Origin: Trichoplax adhaerens
Lineage: Eukaryota; Animalia; Placozoa
NCBI RefSeq assembly: GCF_000150275.1
Contig: NW_002060948.1
Location: 1,201,983-1,265,982 of the forward strand
Length of the DNA: 64,000 bases
Direction of reading: 5' to 3'
The notes below the pieces were generated by a model that worked only from the letters and a program-made list of their open reading frames with translations, was not told the origin of the DNA and did no database searches. This document shows positions 41,501 through 60,940 of this stretch, piece by piece. The translations under genes were made by a program, and so were the position numbers. The stretch's first letter is position 1. Each line of letters opens with the position of its first letter.

Positions 41501-44500
41501 CCAAACGGCTACGTTTTATTTTTTAACTGTACTGTAGTAAGGGATATACTGTATATCATAACGTACTGACTTCTAGTATTTTTGAAGCCAGCCCTGTGAA
41601 TTATACTACAATAGGTACCGTTTTGTCTGCTTTTACTATATAGATCACCGAGATTATACTGGACTGTACTGCGAGCGGCATGGGGGATCGTTCCATGATA
41701 TATTATTGATTTGCTTCGGTATATGTACAGTACAGTATTTAAGCTACAATAGTTTCATGTAGCATTGTACTCTTGATTTTAAATCAGAAGCCTTGCAACA
41801 GCGATTAGATCACCTGTAGCGATCACTGATTTTGGGTTATAATTATGTTCAATCGTGTGCTTTTTGTAGATTGGTTATTTTGTAGTCGCTCAAATATTGT
41901 CTTGTATTAACTTATTGGTAGACCCCTATTATTATTTTGATAGTACTGTACTATACTACTCGACGTTTACAAGAAGATTGGAAGCAGAATATAGCAGCAC
42001 GTTATTTACAAATACTGTGTTACGTCTGATTCTTTTTCTTCAGAAGAGGTATTTAATGACCAAATGAAATTAGTTTCAAGTTATCATTTTGTATCAATAT
42101 AGAGAAAAAAATGCTACGTTAAATTATTCACTATTCAGCGCTTCCTATCGATTGTATTGGTTGATATTTGTCCTAGCTACCAATATTCGTAAACTGACAT
42201 GATGAAACCCATGAAAAAAATGATATCATATGGTGCTGTATTGACGCGCTAACGAGTTGACTATATAATAAATAAGCAAATTGACACAAAAGGAATAGAA
42301 CACAATCTTGTATAAAATCGTTCATTTAGACGTAAGTAAGTCACACTATTGAATGCATTGTTCTTGTATCGTTTATCGCGGAAAATTTCGATTATTTTAC
42401 TTGCAAGTTAAGTTTAGCTCGAGTGATCGACCAATTCGATCATAAACATAGAAGATAAATCAGACGTTTAACCACAGTATCTCTGTATGGGAGGAGGGGA
42501 GGAGGGGGGGGCATCGGCGCCGTAGGAGGCTATGATGAACGATTTCTGAGACGCTGTATTTTGTTTTTAATTAAAAGCCTGAACTTACTAGTCACGACAT
42601 TACAGTCTATTCTAGTTGATGATAATGATAACTGTTAGCATTTCTAGACATAATCTACTACGTCAGTTTTTTATATCATATGGCTTGGCTAATTAATTGA
42701 GTTATCACTGTAATTACGGCTTTGCTAGAGTCTCTTCACCATGTCAATTAATTAATGTATCACAAGTGGTAACGTCAATTGGTAAATTATCTTCGTCAAT
42801 ACTGCATCATCGATGAATCATTGATTATTAGACTGTAAATTGTACGATTTATCCTCCGATATAAGTACTAGTTTTTCAACTGTATTTACTGTATTTAATG
42901 CTGACAATGTTTTATAGCGTTATTGGAACCTGTCAATTTTATGCCTTTGATTAAATTAATTTACATTAAAATTACGAAAAACAAATAGTCTGTACCTTTT
43001 TTACTGTCAACCATTGTTTAAGAGCGTAATCAGTTGCTGTCATTATCTCTTACTGCTTACTGGCTATTACTTTAAGATTCCCTTACAGATGTCTTGACTT
43101 GTGAAAGTATAAATTTTTTCTTTTGTACCTTAATATCAAATTCATAAAATACTGTAATATTCTGTAAGAATCCGGGCCCAACTACAGTATCTTATTTGAA
43201 CTATAGCTTTGCCTAGAATCGTCTTGGTGCACTTTTATCGGTTAAAACGACTTATCAATCTATAGCAAGAACAGCTCATAAATAATTCTTTATTAAGGCG
43301 TTATCAGTGTAAAAGAGTAATAAAATTCTAATTTTGAATGATTTGTTGTTTTTTGGTGATATTTTTACAATAGCCTAGTTCTTGGACAAAAATACGAAAT
43401 ATGATTCACTGGTCGCCATTTGTACAAGCATTTAAAAGGAAATATCCATGGGTTCAACTTGCTGGTCATCAAGGTCAGTTTAGAATATCCTGTGTAAGAT
43501 CTGCAGGACCTGCAATCATAGCATCAAAACTTTTGTCAACAGAATAATAAAACCATCAGTATCTCATCGTGCAACAATCTTTAGATTATCGATACTACTA
43601 CAATACATATAGCTGTAATTCAAGAAGATTTAATAATAGATAATTACTTGTCTTGCTGCGATACTTTCTTAATCTATCACAGTGGTAATGGTTAATAGAT
43701 CAATTACTACCGTAGAATCTTTCGTTGATAAACGATCAAATAAAATTAATTTACGTTCGTGGGTGCGCTAATATTAATTAATTACTACTATTGTTTTACG
43801 TAATGTTATTGAATAGGGAATTTTAAGGCTGGTGAAGCGGGTACAATCTTGAAGAAATACGCCCCCAAAGAAAAGGAAGCTTTATCACTCTTGATGAGAG
43901 ATATTTTGCGTCCCTACGTGCCTGAATTTCAAAAAGAAGTTATTCGTAATGATGAACGTATCTTTGTCATATATTAATTAACTTTATTTCTAGGAATGAT
44001 CAAATCCCTATAAACAATATTATTCCAATGCAGTATATGTTTACGAGATATGTTGGCAACTTATTGGCCTACTTAGTTATTGAAATTACCGTTAATAGCT
44101 ATTGATGTGAATATCTTTATTGAGAACATTTTTTAATAATTTCCTTAATAAATCGATTTACAAATAAAGGTTTTATTCAAATGCAAGATTTATTAGGAGA
44201 TTTTGACACTCCAAGCGTTATGGATTTAAAAATGGGAGTTCGGACGTATTTAGAAGAGGAGTTACAAAAAGCTAGGACAAAACCGAAACTGAGACGAGTA
44301 ATTCTAATATTTGTCACTGTTTTAGAATTGTTTAGTAATTACTTCAGTTATGCTTCTATTAAGTAATGACTCTATTTTTTCGTTTATTCTAATTAGGATA
44401 TGTATCAAAAAATGATTGAAGTTGATCCAAATGAACCAACACCTGAGGAAAGCAAATTAAAAGCTATCACTAAACCACGATACATGCAGTGGCGAGAAAA

Positions 44501-45570
44501 TGCTAGTTCCACTGCATCGTTAGGCTTTAGGATTGAAGGCATTAAGGTGTGTACAGTATATTGGTACTATCGTTTTACTCTTTTCACTTCCGATCAAATT
44601 ATTTTACTTATTACACTACAATAAAAATTTGTATACAAGTTAGCAATGTGATTTACAATCCTTTTTTAATTTTATCGACTGTACTATTGTACATATGTTT
44701 TATATGTATTCGGTGAGATTATCAATTTATTGTACATCAATACTAGTTTATCTTTACTAATTTTTCTTAAATTATTCTTAAATAATCTTATAAATTCAGA
44801 TTTAAATCTAAAAATGGCTTGATTTTTTAATTACGTGAGTAGATCGGGGAAGGTGCTCCGGATAAAGATTTTAAGACAACTCGCTATAAACCAGAAGTTG
44901 CCGTAACATTTGATAAATTTGTGAACAATAACAAAATTGTAGTAGTAAGTCATAGATTGATTGAAGTTAAATGGACGTCATAATTAAAGAGATTATAGCT
45001 GTGTTGTAATGTTAAATGATGTAGGGTAAATATATACGTCGCTTGAAAGCCATACGAGCTACTTTGGAAATGTCACCTTTCTTCAAATGCCACGAAGTTA
45101 GTTTTTTAATAATTATTTCGAAAATAATAATGATGTCTGATTGTTAAATGAGAAATGAGGTTATTAAGGATATATATATATATATTTATCTTGATTTATT
45201 GTAGCTGATTGGTAGCTCTTTATTATTCGTACATGACAAAAATGATAACGCAAGCGTTTGGATGATCGACTTTGGTAAAACAACACGTTTATCCGATGGA
45301 AAGTACCTAGATCATCGAATACCTTGGATTGAAGGCAATCAAGAAGATGGCTATTTATGGGGTCTTGATAATCTAATTGATATTTGGTCAGATATTTACA
45401 ATGGACAAATCGAGAACATATCTGAGGACTGTAAGGATGGCAACGGCGTCGGTAGTAATGATTCGACGGATGTACCGGCTAGTACGAAGGATGTACCAAA
45501 TGGTAAATCCGAATTAAGTGACGATTTCACTCAGAAGGAGATTAACCTTACAAGTCATGAAGAGAGGTAG
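32575..45570 (+). CDS. ITPK: Inositol-1,4,5-trisphosphate 3-kinase (ITPKA/B/C family)
   Basis: Calmodulin-binding [14 protein letters not shown]...[74 protein letters not shown]. Exons: 32575-33342 (low-complexity N-terminus, joined by phase logic across a 10-kb intron), 43374-43473, 43817-43957, 44170-44297, 44397-44546, 44843-44944, 45025-45096, 45205-45570. Confidence 0.92.
36386..36630. repeat. Short direct repeats (2-3 copies) within an intronic TACAG/TACTG cluster
   Basis: aaactatcgaatggaat(g/a)gatcacgtggtac...caataggcttacagtgac...tactgtacttagtattgtact occurs twice, plus a partial copy. Confidence 0.8.
38871..39064. repeat. Tandem repeat, ~64-68 bp x3
   Basis: gcaagtgc(c/t)tat(a/g)attttcg(g/a)tcggtttttacattagc(c/t)cttt...aatggtt at 38871, 38939, 39003. 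Confidence 0.9.
43958..44169 (+). other. U12-type GT-AG intron in the IP3 3-kinase gene
   Basis: Donor GTATCTTTG; branch site TTCCTTAAT at 44141-44149, ~20 nt before the AG; no polypyrimidine tract; splicing gives [12 protein letters not shown]. Confidence 0.75.
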
Positions 45571-48432
45571 TACCCTAAAAGCTTTTTATCTATTTCAAAT
45601 GAATGAGGCCATTCCATTATCGAATTATTATATTGGATTGAGCCATTTGGCGGAAACTACAAGTTAAATTTAAATCTTGCCAGTTTGATTATTATCCGCA
45701 CCAGATTTGACCCCTCAATTGCATTTAACAACACGGTCGCACTCCGCCACCATAGAACTTATTTGAAGACAACTTAAAGGATCACTCTGATATTCTGTGA
45801 TGTTGTATGTAAATTACAGGCACAAGAGATTGATCAATATGAAAGCACTTATTTCGTCACCTAATGAATGTAACGATCGATCATCTTCGAATAAGTTTAC
45901 TTTTGTGATCACCAACTTAAATAGACTAATTTTTCTTAATGCATGTAATTACTTACGATGATTCCGTAATGATGGATAATGAAAGGAGTACAACACTTGG
46001 TTAAAGTATTCAATTTCATGCGGTAGTAATTTAATCTGCTGCTGCACTTACATATATCACCATATATGTAATTTGTCTATGAAATTAATTGTGTTTGTCT
46101 AACTCCATGGTGTTATCGTTTAAATATCAATACTTATACAATATGTCTTAGTGGTTTACTACACAAATGATACTTGATAAAGCGCATGATAACAGCTGTA
46201 TGGGTTAGCCGAGTTGCTAACAATTATTACGATTTTTCAACGTTACTCCTGATTATTTAGCTGGACAGTTTGCGGATCAAAATTGAATAACTCTCGAAGG
46301 TATAATTACGGGAACATTCTGAATAGATAGATAGATAATGATGTTCTGTATATAACAATTCTATTATATGTGTATGTTAAAGATAATCATTGTTTACGAC
46401 AATATTTGGTTAAATTTAAGACGGTAGTACAAACGATTATTTATACGTATGCCAATCAAAATTGCAAACAATCAATATGACAAATTTGTTTGCATAACCT
46501 TAATACCTTTTCAAAGGTTACTTGCATTTCCGTTTTTCTGTTGGATTACTAGTCATTGAGCAACATTAGTACACGTTTGTAGAAAATATATATAGAATCA
46601 TATTACAGTATTTTATGATACACATGCGATTACTAATGGTAGACTTTCTCACGAACCAAGTGTACTACCTTACATATGGTTAAATTCGAACGCTGTAGTT
46701 TTTTAGATATTTAAATGTGCAAGTTAAAGTAGTGATTCCAGCATCAAAAATTGATTATTTTACTAACTTTGTTATCTACGAAAGGAAATAACCTTAACAA
46801 GCAATTAAGTACTCGTTAAAATAACATTAGTTGTGACGTGATGTAGCAACATACTACAGGATTGATGAAACACATAATGTAATATATCTACACTGGATAA
46901 AGATTCAAAACCAAAGGTACTATTTTACAGTATTAATGAGTTGTTAACATTGCAAATAAAAAATTTTCAGTTGATTCTTTCTCAGGTTGAATACGTCTGT
47001 TGAGTGTTTTTAAGTGGAGTTGGAGTATGAAAGCTAACTTGATCATGCGATAGTAGAAAAGAACTTTTTATTTGTTAAAGGTAACATAAAATTGTTATCA
47101 TGTACAGTACAGTATGTAGGCCTTAAACAATATAGATTAAAAGTCTTAATTTGAAGACCATAAAACTAAATGATAAAATGTACTTTTGATAACAAATTAT
47201 TCACCGACAGTAAATAATACTAATATCGAAGGAAAAAAGTATAGTAACTAGACTGTACGAATGCAAGTACAGTAAACGAGAGTATGAATTATCTAGGCAA
47301 ATAATTGGGAGGATAACTCTGGACCAGGGCAATATCAAGCAAAAAGAGATTTTTCTAATTTAACTCAAAAGATAGGAATCAGACATGCCATTGATGGTAC
47401 TAAGCAGTGCTATCGGGACGTATGAACTGCTACAGGAATGGACAGACGTTTGTGCTTACAAAATTGCTTTACTTACAGAATGAAAACCCTGGTGTATTGT
47501 AAGATAAATTTACATTTTTACACGGAACATGATACGCAAAGTACTGCGCACTATAAATTGCATAAGGAGATAGCAATAAGATTTGTTTAGCTGCAATTCT
47601 AATGTTTATCAAATCCTCAATACAGTATTACCTAATTGTTCATTAAATTCTAGTATGAGAATAACTTCTGAAGTCATCTGACAAATCATTGCAATATTTT
47701 TATGTCAGCGTTTGCATTAATAATTCGGTGATCTTTAAAATAGATCTGAGTGGTGTTGATACTTTTAGAGCAAATAGAATCGTTTGAAACGTTAAGGTAA
47801 AAAGTCATTGATTGAAGTAGATTCGTTACCACTCTATGCATGTATTTTAAATTTGTTTCCAAATCTAATTACGCAAATAATTGTAATATGAATACATATA
47901 GAATATTTGTCCATTTTAATAAAGAGTACACGGGCCATATCGTATAAAAGACATTCTAACTAAAAAGAAATTTTTCATTGGAAGTGTATATTTTAAATAA
48001 CAAGAAATATTTTTCAAAAAATGACGTTAATAAAAGTTTAATGGCCGAACGTAATCTGCTACAATTAACACGCCAAGGCAAAATCAGCTTCTGTTATATT
48101 TCTTAGATGCGATTTTTAGTCTTTACATCAAAACTTGATCGTCTTTGAGTAGGTTATGAAATTTTTTACAAATGTATACAATGGTTAAATGTACTCCTAT
48201 CTACTCATAATAACGTCTGTTCATACTAGTATCTTTCAACGCAGTAAGAGTAGTTATTAATCAACTTGGATTCAGTTACAGGTTTAAGTTATAGCAATTC
48301 GTAAGAATATTTCGATTTTCATTTACACGATTAATTTATTAGTAAATGCGTAACTAAATCCTTTAGCTGAACATTCACTTTGGTAGTTCGTATCCATTTT
48401 GAATGAACAAGGCAATAAATATTCAATACCGT

Positions 48433-53719
<5,287 letters not shown>

Positions 53720-54344
53720 CACTGATCGACACCAACACCAAGGTATTTACTGCACACTAATCGATCAATGGCATGCAGTCTTTGACAAGGAAGATAGATG
53801 ATCAATCTTTCTACTGTAACAGCAAGAAATAAAGAGAAAAATCATAACATTAAAATAGCAATCCTAGGTGATCAAGAAGTTACAAGAGACTACAATAGTC
53901 AACTTAGCCAAAGAGGCCGCAGTCAGACATCGCCTTTTCACTATAGTACTATTATCCGTTTACTATTTCTATCACTTGTGATAATGTAGCCTTGAAAGGA
54001 AAAATACATTCCATCTTTCAGTTATTCTACTTATATTGGCTCGAAAGTATAGCTAGCTAGTCAGCGATTAATTATCGTCCAATCCAATTGTTGAGTCAAG
54101 TTTTCACTACAGTACCTCTACTTTATACTAAGCAAGTAAGCATCGATTCTTCAAAGACCACACTAAAGTAAAATACTTGTATTCATAGCTTCAACTAGAA
54201 TGCATAGAAAAACAGTAACTAGTTCTAAATTAGTCATTTACCTTTGACTACTTTCAATTTTGCAATAACCACTGCAAATTCAGCATCAATTTTAACCGAC
54301 AAGTAGCACCAAGAAGATTTTTTTCTCCAACTGGCCTTTTAATA

Positions 54345-54506
54345 TGGCCGATACTCACACATACACATGGGAATGAATCTGTCTGTCCGAAATCCTGCCT
54401 ACAGTCACAGTCACGGTACGTGGCCGATACTCACACATACTGTACTGTACACATGGGAATGAATCCGTCTGTCCGAAATCTTGCCTACAGTCACAGTCAC
54501 AGTACG
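54345..54506. repeat. Tandem direct duplication (76 bp + 86 bp) in the SIRT2/KIZ intergenic region
   Basis: tggccgatactcacacata[ctgtactgta]cacatgggaatgaatc...tcacagtcac(g/a)gtacg; the second copy carries a 10-bp insertion. Confidence 0.92.
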
Positions 54507-54653
54507 TACAGAAGTAGTCTATTCTTATACTGTAGCGGCACTAAATCGGTTCGATTATCCATCGTATCTCTAATTCTGGTCAATAATTAGTTATTTGCAT
54601 GCTTGAATTCGATAGCTGACTCTCTTATGGGGTTGGGAAGTTGAATTCTCTCT

Positions 54654-54665
54654 TGCGCATGCGTA
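54654..54665. promoter_or_regulatory. NRF1-like motif in the divergent SIRT2/KIZ promoter region
   Basis: TGCGCATGCGTA, one mismatch to the TGCGCATGCGCA palindrome, in otherwise AT-rich DNA. Confidence 0.45.
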
Positions 54666-56249
54666 ATTCGTTGTTATAGAACTCGTAATAATTGCAGTAG
54701 TGAATTAGACAGTATACTGTAGTTTGACTGTATCACGACCACGATGACGTCTGTCCAATATCTCTCTGCCGGAGTCCGTCCGGCCAGGGACTACTAAAAA
54801 GGAAAGAGGAGAGGGATGCAAAGTAAAAAGTAAAATGCAGAAAGCAATCATGTTTTCTGGTCATTCTACTCTGTGGAGGGGATGATCATCATGAACAATC
54901 TAGTCTACGATTATAGATATACGATACCGTCGAAATGACTAGTAAAATAGTCGGCCTCCCAATTTTTTTTTGTATCCTTCTTTCTTTCTTTCTTCGTGGT
55001 CTTTGCTGATTGCATTGCATTCTACTCGATATACTTTTCATCTGCTGTTCTGCTCATAGAACTAGAATAGAAGTAAAAGGGAAACTTCCATCGCTTATAC
55101 GTACTGTGGTACTCAGTACAGTATATTTTGTTTCTGCCATATACGCATACTATTTATATACGTGTACATATATACAATATTAGGTAGGCATCTGAGAATA
55201 ATAATTAATTCTTTCAACAGCGCTTTACAGCTTCTGCAGCTTTAGCCGGTTTCATTTGGCGGTATCATGGCAACAGAGCCTGTAATACAGGCTTGCATGA
55301 TCAGTGGTTGTAGGACAACTACCACCTGGACAAGGATTATCGCGATTGCCTCTAGGCAAATGGTGATCTGTTATGAATGGTTTGATGTCCTAACTTCAAT
55401 TTCTATCGATAAATGCGATCAGACCGATAGGAGTCGATATCGAGCCTTCTTTCTTGACGGAAATGGCTAGATGTGAGAAGTCATAATTCGATGACAAAGT
55501 ATCGAAAATAAGTAAAAGCTCAAAGGTAGAATAATTCAACAGAAAATGTAAAGTAAAATTATCTCCAGAGCAGTTGATTAGCAAGCCGCACTAGGAGCAT
55601 GCCGTAATCATACTGGATTCTACTCTCATCGTATCATAACAGAAATTTTATGATACAGTTTAGCTAACGCGAGTAGGGCGATAGTAGTAACTTGCTACGA
55701 TACCAAACACTATCCTGCAAGTACTTTATTTAGACAATATACTAAGGTGGTGCTTTGAAGCAATAGCATACTAGCCGCTGATTGGACAATCTCAGTTTAG
55801 AATTAACCGTTATATGTTGATATAATAGTATATTATAATCGATCACGATAGTACAATATTGTATCTTTCCATGGACTAGACTAATAAGCTGGGCAACCTA
55901 CTTTTACTTTAGAATAGAACCTTAACGGTACACAGCCAATTCATTTTTAAATACCTATAAGTAACCTCTATCGTTGCTATTGAAAACGGTAGTTCAATTT
56001 ATGGTAAGTTGATAATATCCAAGTTAGCGGGAATAGTGTCATCAACATCAATTTTATGCTCAGATAAAACATCCACTTACTTTTTGACTAGTTATATTTT
56101 AGATTTCCATGATTTGAAAATAGATTATACAACTGCTTCAATGCATAATTTAGCTTAGTTTAATCCAAGTAAACTAGCAGTAAAACGCACGACTGAATCC
56201 GGAAGTATAATATAATATAACATCAACAGGATTTGTATTCATGTATTGA

Positions 56250-59200
56250 ATGCTATATTTTGGTTATCATGGTAAGCCAAGAAATGATAACTCAAGCCTA
56301 ACTAGCTTACTTCGTTGGGTAATCATGAGAATACATCAATATTTTGAGCTAGATGAATTAGAAAACTATTTTCCTTTTGATAACGTACGATATTGCCTCC
56401 ACGTCTATACCCCTGTATTAATTTTAAAGGCATTTCTTTAAATTTTTTGTTGTTTTGCGTTTAGATTTATTTGGACGTAAATTACATGTATCTAGTGTTT
56501 AATAAAAGTAATAAATCGATACCACTACTAACTTCATTCAAAAAGCGCCTATATACAGTATTCCATGTATATACATCAATACAATTGAAGCTTAATAGCT
56601 CTACTTCAATTAGCTATAGTTCACCTTTCTAGTAGTAGTTGTAAAATAGCATTAGATTTATGTTGTACTGCACTCAATTTTATATTTAGTACGATGAAAT
56701 AGCATAGACGTATATACGAGGTCATGAATTGAAGTGTATACTACTACAGTAAATATGAGCATTGTATCGACAACTCAACTCTTCTTTACGCATACCCTTG
56801 TTTATATATTATTATTTTTTAGGCAAAAAAACAGAACTAAATCAACTCCAAATTGATGAGCACTACGATATCATGCTAAAGTATAACCTGAAAGCGACTC
56901 CGTCATCAATGCTTCCAATGTTTTCCGACATCAGCCATGTATCCAGGTTTATATTTATGTATACAGTATACTTGCTGGATAGCCAGATTCTCTGGTTGTG
57001 TTTTAACTACATCGATTATAATAGTTTATCGATTTATAATACGTGTAAGAATATTTAGCTCAAAATTTAGTACACAAATGGGGTAAAATGGATATGCATT
57101 TCCATTATAGGAAGATTGTTTTCTAATCCATTTGTTTTATATAAATCATCGATAGTATTTTGGAATTATGCACGCACATTATTAGTAGGGAATCGGACAT
57201 TAAATATTGATCATTAAGTTATCGTACCATAAACTATAACTGATTCTGTTCATTAATATAGAAATTGATCAAGAGATGCTTTTTCATATTTTTTTAATCG
57301 ATCTTAATAATGGTATCCTGAAATCATTCTGTATATTCATATTCATAAAATTTATATGTATCAAATTATAGTGCTAATTCACAGTATCAGGATGTCTGTA
57401 GAAGAGAAAAAGAAAGTCAATTACGAAATGATAAATTGCTTTATGATTTGGAAGTTGCTTGCAAGCATTCCACGCTACTAGACTCCAAGCTATTTGATTT
57501 GCAGACTGCTAGGGTATAAAATTAAAAAAGATAACTTAATGTTTGTTACTTTGATATATATTTTAATCTAATTGAGCTTATTATCCAACTTTAATTTTTG
57601 AAATACCGTAATACTAATTTAACGATAGACACTTTATGATTCTTTGAGTAAATTCTTACTCCTAAATTGGTTCATGCCATTTTTATAGGATCAATACAAA
57701 GAAATGGCAATGAAATATAGTGCAAAATTGAAGATTGAAGCTACTGAATCGTCTATAGCACCATCCAGTAACGTACTTCATATTCATACTAAGTCAGATA
57801 GTTACGATCAGGAACGACCAGATGAAGTAAAATTGCCATTACCAAAATCATCACTAATATTGAAGCCAGCTGACGATATTCCTAGCCTGATCCAAGCAGC
57901 ACAGCAGATAAGCAATCTCTCTGGTCACCACAAGCAGTATCCATTAATAGATGACAAGTTGATGCAACCTTATCAAGATCATCTGCAAGCTGATGATATC
58001 AATGCATCCAATGTTACAGATTCGATCAATAGTAGTAATCAAGAAGAAATACCAATAATTAAGCCATTGCCAACAATCGATGATTTATTGATGACCGCTG
58101 GCCAAGGCAATAAACAAAATAATAATAAAAATAATAATCCTTTAGATTATGAGCACAAGCTTACAGACGACAGTATATCTATGATACCACATGATGAGCA
58201 AGATAATTCAAGTAAATCTGAAAAAAGAAATGAGCCTTCGCTAATGCCAATAATATCAGGTAAACAGGTTGAAGAAAGTGCTGGTGATAGCCCGAAGAAT
58301 AGTACGTTAATAAAACACGAGGTAGAGAATGATCATTTCAATCCAAAAGCACTGAAAAATGACGCATCGACAGTGGTTATGATTGAGAGTAGTGTCTTAC
58401 AACCGAAAATTAATGAGCAACATGATATTCATATTTATGCTACAGATAGCAATAGCGATGAACAGTCCTCTGTTGGTAATATTATTTCGCACAAAAGTGA
58501 TGATGTCGATGACCAAGATAAGGAAATGGTCTCACAAGATATTAACCGTGAAGTAGTTATAGTTCAAGATGTAGATGATAATAAAAATCGTTCTAGTGAC
58601 GACAACAATGAGAAAGATCGCATCACATCAAAATTATCATTCGAGTCCTCAACATCTGATGATGATAGCTCTTCTATTGAGCAATCTATTAGCTCTAAGA
58701 AATCGTTATCTAATATAGAGGAATCCATTAAATACGACCAAAGTGAGAACGAAAACCAACAACAATTATCTACGAACAAAGGTAAAATATTTAATAATTG
58801 TTAGTGTATTTAGATGTTACGAAAATTTTCTAGCATAATACAGATAGAAATGCTATATGCGTACATTATCACTACCTTGCATATTGTTATTAGTAAGTTA
58901 CACTTTATCTTGAGAAATTACTATTGGGATTGAAGTAATATGGTCGCATTCAAATACGTATCTGTATATTATCATATTCCTGCTTACTTGATTTCTGATT
59001 TTTCGTTCTTATTAAAATTATTTTAACTACAATTCAAAAAATAATAAAATTCGAAACTATATCAACGATAATTTTAGAGTTTATTCGATAGTTTCCTTCT
59101 GTGCGATCATATGTACACATCATATAACATATATAAACATTCGGCTTTCGGATATAGCACATGCCCCAAAGTGTTCGTACTAGTAAGAAATTAAACAGTT

Positions 59201-60456
59201 CGGTTAACATATTTGATTAATTTATTAAGATGATATCTTTGTTAACGTACATATCTTTCAGAAAAGAAACCTGATGCCACCGGTGAAGTGGAGCGAGATA
59301 GTAAGAGTAAAAATGTTCCTGAGTATCAATCTGATTTCGAAGATAGTAACACTATGAGTTCGTCTGAGAATATGTCCGATATTGAAAATAGCATGGTAAG
59401 ACAATGATAATACTTAGCATTCAGGAAATGGAGAAATCAAGATATGATTTTACTGTATCAAATCTTTGTATAATGATTTTACTTGTATTTACTACTTTTA
59501 GCGTCTAAAACAAGATGTTAGAGAAGATGAAGGCGAGAATAAGACAGAAGCGGAGGCTTATGATGCTTTGAGAAGATCTGTTCTAGGTAGTCCTTTAAGT
59601 TCAGCAAGAGAGAATGCTGAAGGCGATGATGTAATGTCATTCTTGAGCGAAGATAGTGATATTGATGCGCTAGAGCAAGAGTTAGCCGAAATTGTATCCC
59701 CACGTGCAGTCGCAAGGTAATGTTTTACAATAAAATTTTTATAGCTGGCTCATAACTTTACAATCCACATGTGAACATTCTACCTTATTTTTATTATTAA
59801 TTTAATATTTATAGTAAGCACGTTTTATAGTGCTACTGTTCTCATAATATTTATTTACTTGTAGTGGTAACAACGCTAACGAAAGGTCGCAAAGATCAAG
59901 CATTCGTAGACTGCCAAGCATTCCAGCTTCACAAAGTGCCCATAATATTAAAGGAGTTGATGATTCTAATCAAGATCATAATCGACCTCGCTCTCGTAGT
60001 GCAGGTACGGATCAAACAGCTGATCAGCCCCAATCTCCTACCCTTGAAGATACACTTTCTCGTGATAAATCATATAGTCAGGATAGCATAGGAGACGCTA
60101 TAAAAGATGAAAGCCAGCAAACTGTTCAAAAAATACGCCAAGGTAGCTTTTACTCAAGATTTAGATTTTATCGCCAAATTCCTCTTCTGACTTACAATTT
60201 TAGTAATTTCCATATGGTACTTTTAGACGTTAATTAATTAATAATAAAGGACATTTACAGCATTAATTTAACTATAATTATGCTTGGAATTGCTATATAC
60301 GTTTGGTAATGTATTGGTATTACAAATTTGAATTTCTCTCTAGTATTAATGAGTGATGATATGGACGATGAGAACATGTTTGACCTGGAGCCAAATACTC
60401 CTAAAAAGGAAATTAAAGCACTATCGTCTGATGACGATTTTGACTTCTATGGATAA
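56250..60456 (+). CDS. KIZ: Kizuna-like centrosomal protein
   Basis: VCRREKESQLRNDKLL resembles the kizuna N-terminal coiled coil; TEAEAYDALRRSVL and the acidic end DDDFDFYG* resemble kizuna C-terminal motifs (from memory). Exons: 56250-56271 (tentative start), 56823-56946, 57372-57513, 57689-58781, 59262-59395, 59502-59716, 59865-60142, 60344-60456. Confidence 0.68.
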
Positions 60457-60940
60457 CTTTGCCGCAATAAATTGGAAATCTGTACAAAGACAAATATCAA
60501 TTTTGGAACGAACTCATGAAAATGCAGTAGTTGCTAATCATCAAGACCTGCTTCTGAAAATGAGAAGTACTACTATCAAATCTCGATCACTTTGCAAGAT
60601 GTCTCAAATCGCTCCAATATGTTTGATGAATTACGTTGACTGCATTATAGCTAAAGGCAATTAATTGTAGAAAAACGTGTTGAGATTCAGTAAGATTAAT
60701 AGCGTATATGATTGTACAGTAAATATAACAAAAAACTGCCAAATTTCTTTTAGATGACGAACAATTCAAACTACGTGTATTTTTATCGAATGGCATCGAT
60801 GTAAAAGGAAGCTAAAAATTGCATTTATTAGAAACAAATTCCCTTGTATTAATTATTAATCGATCGATAATATTTGATAATATTTATAACTACGTAAATA
60901 AATAAAATAGACCCATTTACACAACAATAAAGAATAACAG

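Noticed and set aside
54531-54570. GGTTCGATT resembling a tRNA T-loop / B box
   Set aside because: No cloverleaf or A box can be built around it
54744-54797. GC-rich 17-codon ORF (MTSVQYLSAGVRPARDY*) as a possible disrupted kizuna first exon
   Set aside because: Similarity is limited to a few residues; could be a uORF or chance
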